Shown here one piece after another: positions 56,708-64,000 of a DNA stretch of 64,000 bases. The notes under the pieces are model-generated. The model saw only the letters and a program-made list of their open reading frames with translations. It was not told the origin of the DNA and did not search any database. The position numbers and the translations under genes were made by a program. Each line of letters opens with the position of its first letter. The first letter of the stretch is position 1. Origin of the DNA: Acidobacteriota bacterium (GTDB lineage Bacteria; Acidobacteriota; Blastocatellia; Pyrinomonadales; Pyrinomonadaceae); the NCBI GenBank assembly GCA_019639215.1, contig JAHBSH010000001.1, positions 20,281 to 84,280 of the forward strand, in the 5' to 3' direction.

Positions 56708-56756
56708 AAAATGGGTCGCATAGGACACATAAGTCCTATGTGTCCTATAAAATACG

Positions 56757-57404
56757 ATGAACAAAAAGCAAATTGTTGAACAAATAGAAAACCTCGGACT
56801 TGTACCGGTGGTGCGTGCGTCTTCTGCAGATGAAGCGATGCAGGCCATTGACGCGATCAAAGCCGGCGGTGTCAACGTGCTTGAAATAACGATGACCGTT
56901 CCAGGTGCGATTAAGGTCATCGAAAAGGTCGCCGATAAATACGGCAGCGATGTACTGGTAGGCGCCGGAACAGTGCTTGATCCTGAAACTGCTCGGGCTT
57001 GTCTGCTGGCTGGGGCTCAGTTCATTGTAAGTCCTGCACTTAATCTGGCAACTATAGAACTTTGCCACCGTTACAGCGCCCCTATTTGTCCGGGCGTTCT
57101 GACACCTACCGAGGTCATCACAGCTTGGGGTGCAGGCGTCGATTTCGTAAAAGTGTTTCCGTGTGGTTCGGTTGGGGGCGCCAGCTATGTAAAAAATCTA
57201 AAGGGACCGTTTCCGCAAGTAAAGATCATCCCGACGGGCGGTGTTTCGCTCACAACAGCGGCAGATTTCATCAAGGCCGGAGCATCCGCGCTCGGTGTCG
57301 GCACCGACCTTGTTGACGTAAAGGCCATCCGCGAAGGCAATGCTGATATTGTTACAGAACGCGCCAGGCAGTTCGTTGAGATCGTACGGAACGCACGCGG
57401 TTGA
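56757..57404 (+). CDS. eda: 2-dehydro-3-deoxyphosphogluconate / 4-hydroxy-2-oxoglutarate aldolase
   Basis: 215 aa. LGLVPVVR, LEITMTVPGA, GAGTVL, VKVFPC (Schiff-base Lys region) and IPTGGV are KDPG aldolase motifs. Confidence 0.88.
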   Translation: MNKKQIVEQIENLGLVPVVRASSADEAMQAIDAIKAGGVNVLEITMTVPGAIKVIEKVADKYGSDVLVGAGTVLDPETARACLLAGAQFIVSPALNLATIELCHRYSAPICPGVLTPTEVITAWGAGVDFVKVFPCGSVGGASYVKNLKGPFPQVKIIPTGGVSLTTAADFIKAGASALGVGTDLVDVKAIREGNADIVTERARQFVEIVRNARG

Positions 57405-57474
57405 GTATACAGAGCGGTGAGCATCATGCTTTTATTTTATTAAAGAAACAATTTCCTGAACACCCTATTTTCTT

Positions 57475-58035
57475 CTAGTTAGACGGCCGCATTATCTTCG
57501 CATTAGGAGATCTCAGAGAATATGGCGAATGGAGGATGCGAATGTTCCTGCCGTAAAAATCCATTACAACAGCTCGACCGAAGTTATCAAAACCGTCATC
57601 AGACCTCCTTACGACATTTTGATGAGGTTTGAAAGCAAACATAACAACCCAGCTGCCTCCAAAAAACTCATGATCCTGACTAAAACTAAACGCCCGACGT
57701 TGAAGTGAATCGCGGCGCAGCCTCATTCCTTCGTCATCTGTCATTGGATAAATATTCTCGGGTACTATCTTTGATCGGTCAGCAATGGGCGGGAGGTCGG
57801 TGTATCCATTTTGTATGACAAAACACTCAGCGGCAACGACAGCCTCTTCTGCGGTGAGTAAGCGATCTGTGGGCTGCGGATAATTGCACGGATCGTCCGA
57901 AACTGCAGGAGACACAATCACCGGCAGTGTCTCGACCTTTGTTTTTTGGCCTGACAAAGACAACCAAACGAACACGATCCCGACAACAAATGTTATAGAC
58001 AGGGTAATTGGTAGAATAACTTTTCCTTTGAACAT
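57475..58035 (-). CDS. hypothetical membrane-anchored protein
   Basis: 186 aa with a single N-terminal TM helix (VILPITLSITFVVGIVFVWLSL). I recognise no family. Coding status rests on ORF length and the absence of a competing gene. Confidence 0.45.
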   Translation of the reverse strand: MFKGKVILPITLSITFVVGIVFVWLSLSGQKTKVETLPVIVSPAVSDDPCNYPQPTDRLLTAEEAVVAAECFVIQNGYTDLPPIADRSKIVPENIYPMTDDEGMRLRRDSLQRRAFSFSQDHEFFGGSWVVMFAFKPHQNVVRRSDDGFDNFGRAVVMDFYGRNIRILHSPYSLRSPNAKIMRPSN

Positions 58036-58225
58036 CCTGTTGGCAAAGCAAATCCTTATAAATTATGCACTTTTCCTATGATCGGAGGTTCATTCTATCA
58101 GATGAATTAGAGACATAATGCTTAAACTACTCACTATCCAACGGTAACTATTCAGATGCCGCCACGATAAGCAGAGATGTTTGCCGTTCCAGTCATTTAC
58201 GATTCACCTGATAGAAAAAGCCAAA

Positions 58226-60694
<2,469 letters not shown>

Positions 60695-60766
60695 TTAGAT
60701 AATTATTTATCTCTTTTGACCAGATGGGCCTGTAAGGCTGGAAACATATGTTCTAATCAATGGAAT

Positions 60767-60775
60767 ATTATAGCA
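60767..60775 (-). promoter_or_regulatory. candidate extended -10 promoter element (TGcTATAAT) for gyrB
   Basis: The minus strand reads GAAAATGCTATAATATT: a perfect TATAAT (60772-60767) with TG one base upstream. It lies ~100 nt upstream of the gyrB ATG (60664). The -35 is poor (TGTCGG). Confidence 0.4.
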
Positions 60776-60810
60776 TTTTCAGGGTATTACCGACAGCCGA
60801 AAAGTCTTTT

Positions 60811-61926
60811 TTAAGAAGCCGAATCAGCCCTTCCGGCAACTGATCCGCCTTCTATGCGAATGGTTTTCGCCGAGCTTCCAAATTCAGAAACAAAACCTTC
60901 TTTTGATGTGGTCACGATAGTTTGCGTCTTCCCTTCAAGATATTCCAGAAGGCTGCCGATCCGACGATGGTCCAGTTCAGCATCGATGTCATCAAGCAGG
61001 AATAGCGGGTATTCTCCTCGTGTAGCGTGAAAAACGGTGATGTTTGCCAACTGAAGCAGCAGTAAAGCGCTGCGCTGTTGCCCCGAAGAACCGAATTTGC
61101 GGATATCCTGCCCGTCAAACAGCACTTCCATATCATCCCGGTGCGGTCCGACAAGCGAATGTCCGGCAACTAATTCGGCCTGAACTCGCAACTTAAGCCT
61201 CTCGGTCAGCAATCCGGCGTAATCGGACATGTCACCCTTGCCCTCAAGCGATGAAACATACCTTATCGACAGCTCTTCGCGTCCGAAAAGACGTTTTTCG
61301 AGCACTTCATTTATTCTTTCAACAAAACGAGTTCTAGCTCTGTGTATTTTTGCGGCGAGAGCTGTCAGTTGTTCATTCCACGGTTCGAGGGTCTCAGCGG
61401 TTTTCTCAATCGACATTTCCTTTTCCCGTGCCTGATTCAAAAGGGAATTTTTTTGCCGAAGGACCTTTGTATAGTCTGTAAATGTCTGTGTAAAAGGCGG
61501 GTGCAGCGATACTATGCCGCTATCTAAGAACCTGCGGCGTGAATCCGGTTGACCGCGAACTATTTCCAGTTCATCTGCATTGAAAACAACGGCATGCAGT
61601 TCGTGTAAGTATCTTTGTGTGGTTTCCTGTTTGCCATTTACGAGACATGATTTTATAGTCTTTTGTATATTGACCTGGAGCATTCTATACAGCTCCTGTG
61701 ACTGGCGAATATTGCCTTTTACTATTGCCAGATCCTTATCAAATCTGATCGTTTCCGCGATCTTGCCCGTTTTAAAGGATCTGGTCGTCGCCAGCACGTT
61801 TATAGCCTCAAGCCAGTTTGTCTTTCCCTGGCCGTTCTCGCCGACGAGTATGCTGAGGCCCGGCTCAAGGTCGATCTTCCCCTTTAGATTGCGGAAATTT
61901 ATTGCTTCTACGAACTCTAGCCGCAT
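60811..61926 (-). CDS. recF: DNA replication and repair protein RecF
   Basis: 371 aa. FRNL, Walker A GENGQGKTNWLEAI, signature FGSSGQQRSALLLLQLA, Walker B LFLLDDIDAELD. Confidence 0.93.
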   Translation of the reverse strand: MRLEFVEAINFRNLKGKIDLEPGLSILVGENGQGKTNWLEAINVLATTRSFKTGKIAETIRFDKDLAIVKGNIRQSQELYRMLQVNIQKTIKSCLVNGKQETTQRYLHELHAVVFNADELEIVRGQPDSRRRFLDSGIVSLHPPFTQTFTDYTKVLRQKNSLLNQAREKEMSIEKTAETLEPWNEQLTALAAKIHRARTRFVERINEVLEKRLFGREELSIRYVSSLEGKGDMSDYAGLLTERLKLRVQAELVAGHSLVGPHRDDMEVLFDGQDIRKFGSSGQQRSALLLLQLANITVFHATRGEYPLFLLDDIDAELDHRRIGSLLEYLEGKTQTIVTTSKEGFVSEFGSSAKTIRIEGGSVAGRADSAS

Positions 61927-62115
61927 TTTTTGATTTTAGCATGTATCGGGTTTTTGCCGTTGACGCAAAATATTGATTTCTTTGGAGGATTTTCTGGAAA
62001 TTTGATGTGTTTGGGGATTTTTAAACAGTTAAAGGATGTTTTACATTCTTTAACCTCCCTCAAACTCCCCCACATTACGTTCTTTATTAATCTTAGGAAT
62101 TATCAACATTAGGCT

Positions 62116-62622
62116 GTGAGAACTGTATTTTTGTTCATCGTTATCCTTGCCTTGTCGATCTGTGCGGCTGCTCAGCAGCAGCTTACTGTCGGCGCGGAGG
62201 CTCCTGCGTTTTCGGCAGAGTATCTTAACGGCAAGCCGTTGGAGTTGAATGACCTAAAAGGAAAGGTCGTGGTCATGACCTTCTGGTCAACTCGTTGTCT
62301 GATATGCCATAACGAGATACCAAAACTCAACCGAATGGCAGACAGCTATAAAGGACGTGACGTTGTTTTCCTTGCACTTACAATGGAAAATGAATCCATT
62401 GTTAGTCCGTATATTAAGAAGAACCCTTTTAGATTCGACATCGTTCCAAATAGTTTTGGCGTGGTATTGAAGTATGCCGATATGGACGCTTCGGGCCGTA
62501 TCCGCATGGGCTTTCCGTCATATTATCTGATCGACCGAAAAGGTAAGATCAACCTCCGCGCAGACGGTTGGGACAAAACATCTAATATCGACACCCGAAT
62601 TTCTCAACTGCTTTCGGAATGA
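62116..62622 (+). CDS. TlpA-like thiol:disulfide oxidoreductase (redoxin), secreted
   Basis: 168 aa. GTG start, signal peptide MRTVFLFIVILALSICAAAQ. Thioredoxin fold with GKVVVMTFWSTRCLICHNEIP (CxxC). Confidence 0.8.
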   Translation: MRTVFLFIVILALSICAAAQQQLTVGAEAPAFSAEYLNGKPLELNDLKGKVVVMTFWSTRCLICHNEIPKLNRMADSYKGRDVVFLALTMENESIVSPYIKKNPFRFDIVPNSFGVVLKYADMDASGRIRMGFPSYYLIDRKGKINLRADGWDKTSNIDTRISQLLSE

Positions 62623-62643
62623 CGCTTGTCACCCTTGTCCAAG

Positions 62644-62678
62644 AAAGCCCGGCAGCACAATAGCGTTCGGGCTTTTTT
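62644..62678 (+). terminator. putative rho-independent terminator after the redoxin gene
   Basis: AAGCCCG (62645-62651) pairs with CGGGCTT (62668-62674) and is followed by TTTTT. The 16-nt loop makes it moderate. Confidence 0.55.
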
Positions 62679-62742
62679 GTTCGTCAAATAATTTGTTTCT
62701 TTTCCAGGATTGAGGTATATTTTCAACTTCGCCGCAAATTGC

Positions 62743-62828
62743 GGAGAGGTAGCCTAATTGGTAAGGCAGTAGTCTTGAAAACTACCGCGGGTAACCGCTT
62801 GCAGGTTCGAGTCCTGTCCTCTCCGCCA
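62743..62828 (+). tRNA. tRNA-Ser (anticodon UGA), class II with long variable arm, CCA encoded
   Basis: Folded by hand. Acceptor GGAGAGG/CCTCTCC; D arm GCC-TAATTGGTAA-GGC; anticodon stem GTAGT/ACTAC with loop CT-TGA-AA; variable arm GCGG-GTAA-CCGC; T arm GCAGG-TTCGAGT-CCTGT; discriminator G plus CCA. Confidence 0.92.
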
Positions 62829-62903
62829 CATTCTCTACAAAATTCTTATTTACAATCTTTCAGTTTCTTGCTTTTTTCTGCCGTTCTGTTATAGCCTATG
62901 TGG

Positions 62904-62927
62904 CAATGAATGATTATTCATTCATTG
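62904..62927. promoter_or_regulatory. perfect palindromic operator (FadR/YsiA-type box) upstream of the TetR gene
   Basis: CAATGAATGA-TTAT-TCATTCATTG: 10-bp perfect inverted repeat, 4-bp spacer, ending 10 nt before ATG 62937. Confidence 0.6.
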
Positions 62928-62936
62928 CTGATTATT

Positions 62937-63554
62937 ATGAGAAAGGCCGCTAAAGCTTTAACAGGATCCAGAACTGGTGTAGGCGATAAACGTTCAACTA
63001 TCCTCCGAGCGGCTATAAAAGTGTTTGCAGGTAAGGGCTATTTCAGCTCAAAGGTATCAGATATTGCTCGTGAAGCCGGTATTGCAGATGGAACGGTCTA
63101 TCTTTACTTCAAAAGTAAGGATGAAATATTGAGGTCGATCTTTGACCAAGCAATGGAAGATTTTATCTCAGAGGGAAAGCGCGAACTAAAAGACGTATCA
63201 TCGCCACCAGATAAGCTGAGCAAGATAGCAGGACTTCACCTTGAAAAACTTGGGTCAGACCGTGACCTAGCCATCGTCTTTCAAGTGGAACTGAGAGGTT
63301 CGACTAAATTCATGCGCGAATTTTCCGCAGCAGGTTTTGCTGATTATCTGGACATTATCCGGGCGACGATAGAAGACGGACAAAAGGACGGTATCTTTCG
63401 TGATGACATCAAAGCCTCGACAGCAGCCAAGATATTTTACGGAGCTTTGGACGAGATGGTCACAAACTGGATCTTGTCCGAACAATCATATGAACTCGCT
63501 CCGGTTGCGAACGACGTAATCAGCATTTTTTTAGGAGGCATGCTCAGACAGTGA
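62937..63554 (+). CDS. TetR/AcrR-family transcriptional regulator (fatty-acid-degradation FadR-like)
   Basis: ORF track starts at 62910, inside the palindrome; ATG 62937 (MRKAAKAL...) is more likely. The HTH is RSTILRAAIKVFAGKGYFSSKVSDIAREAGIADGTVYLYFKSKDEIL. Confidence 0.85.
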   Translation: MRKAAKALTGSRTGVGDKRSTILRAAIKVFAGKGYFSSKVSDIAREAGIADGTVYLYFKSKDEILRSIFDQAMEDFISEGKRELKDVSSPPDKLSKIAGLHLEKLGSDRDLAIVFQVELRGSTKFMREFSAAGFADYLDIIRATIEDGQKDGIFRDDIKASTAAKIFYGALDEMVTNWILSEQSYELAPVANDVISIFLGGMLRQ

Positions 63555-63568
63555 GAAAGGAAGATGTC

Positions 63569-64000
63569 ATGAATTTTGCATCACCTCGCAAGGTTATTGG
63601 GCGTGGGCTTCCGATCGTTGCGGGTGAGCCACAGACCCTTTCGGATCTCTTTCTACACGCGGTCTCAAAAGAGAACAGAAATGATGCGTTGTCTTTCAAG
63701 GTAGGTGAAGAGTGGCAGCAGATCTCATCCGACAAAATGCTCGAGCGAATACGTGCGATAGCATTAGGACTTTATTCACTTGGCTTGAGACAGGGTGATC
63801 GGGTGGCTATCCTCAGTTCTAATTCGCCTGATTGGACACTCTCGGATGCCGCATGTCAATTTGCGGGTCTGCCGGATGTACCTATCTATACGACGCTTTC
63901 ACCCGCTTCGGTCGAATATATTCTGAATGATTCGGGCGCTAAAGCTCTTTTCATTGAGGATCAGGGGGCGTTTGATCGTGTTGCGGACATACTTCCAAAT
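63569..64000 (+). CDS. long-chain acyl-CoA synthetase (AMP-dependent synthetase/ligase), 5' fragment running off the window; not in the supplied ORF track
   Basis: My own translation from ATG 63569: MNFASPRKVIGRGLPIVAGEPQTLSDLFLHAVSKENRNDALSFKVGEEWQQISSDKMLERIRAIALGLYSLGLRQGDRVAILSSNSPDWTLSDAACQFAGLPDVPIYTTLSPASVEYILNDSGAKALFIED. This is a typical FadD/LcfA N-terminus. The frame is open to base 64000. Confidence 0.8.
   Translation, partial: MNFASPRKVIGRGLPIVAGEPQTLSDLFLHAVSKENRNDALSFKVGEEWQQISSDKMLERIRAIALGLYSLGLRQGDRVAILSSNSPDWTLSDAACQFAGLPDVPIYTTLSPASVEYILNDSGAKALFIEDQGAFDRVADILPN

Noticed and set aside
56324-56920. 198-aa minus-strand ORF spanning the kdgK 3' end and eda 5' end
   Set aside because: It overlaps two well-supported plus-strand genes and shows no family resemblance.
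61930-62112. 60-aa ORF in the recF/redoxin divergent intergenic region, and the 79-aa ORF 54107..54346 between the GntR and ROK genes
   Set aside because: They have non-ATG or weak starts, no SD and no recognisable motifs. They occupy regions needed for divergent promoters or overlap neighbouring genes.

Overview
This 64 kb window is a dense stretch (about 90% coding) of bacterial chromosome, and nearly all of it is housekeeping. I cannot assign taxonomy by eye. The gene content would fit an Acidobacteriota-like soil bacterium: a DUF5117-type secreted metalloprotease, an ATP synthase with both b and b' stalk subunits, cdaA-ybbR, and a GAF-type sigma-54 activator.

Recognisable blocks, in order:
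- Start of window: a TPR protein tail, a sigma-54 enhancer-binding protein, folA, an FGGY kinase, tkt and a D-TA-family PLP enzyme.
- A secreted cystatin-like protein and a serine hydrolase.
- An alaS gene that lacks its catalytic core.
- An aldehyde dehydrogenase, ygiD, and a DsbA-like::NhaA fusion.
- A large Zn metalloprotease.
- A solitary DNA methyltransferase followed by xth.
- A partial ATP synthase operon (b', b, delta, alpha, gamma only).
- A membrane module: a small membrane protein, VanZ, and an SPFH protein with Zn ribbons.
- Trm112 and a heptosyltransferase.
- The ffh-rpsP-KH-rimM-trmD-rplS-rnhB cluster.
- An S2P protease followed by cdaA-ybbR.
- ttcA, a bactofilin, mscL, and the SGNH-mnmA-MTHFS-crcB operon.
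- A MATE pump, aat, and a GntR/ROK/kdgK/eda sugar-acid cluster.
- recF-gyrB, a TlpA-like redoxin, tRNA-Ser(UGA), and a TetR (FadR-like) regulator with the 5' end of an acyl-CoA synthetase.

I found no IS elements, integrases, prophage genes, CRISPR arrays, rRNA, or recognisable defence or toxin systems. I therefore do not claim a clearly novel multi-gene system.

The observations most worth follow-up are:
- the N-terminally truncated (possibly split) AlaRS;
- the bacterial cystatin with all three inhibitory motifs;
- the probably cytoplasmic DsbA-like domain fused to NhaA;
- the GAFTDA variant in the sigma-54 activator;
- the solitary methyltransferase co-oriented with xth;
- a perfect FadR-type operator palindrome;
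- several unexplained intergenic repeats and hairpins.

All functional calls come from motif and family recognition by eye on the translated ORFs. No database search was run.
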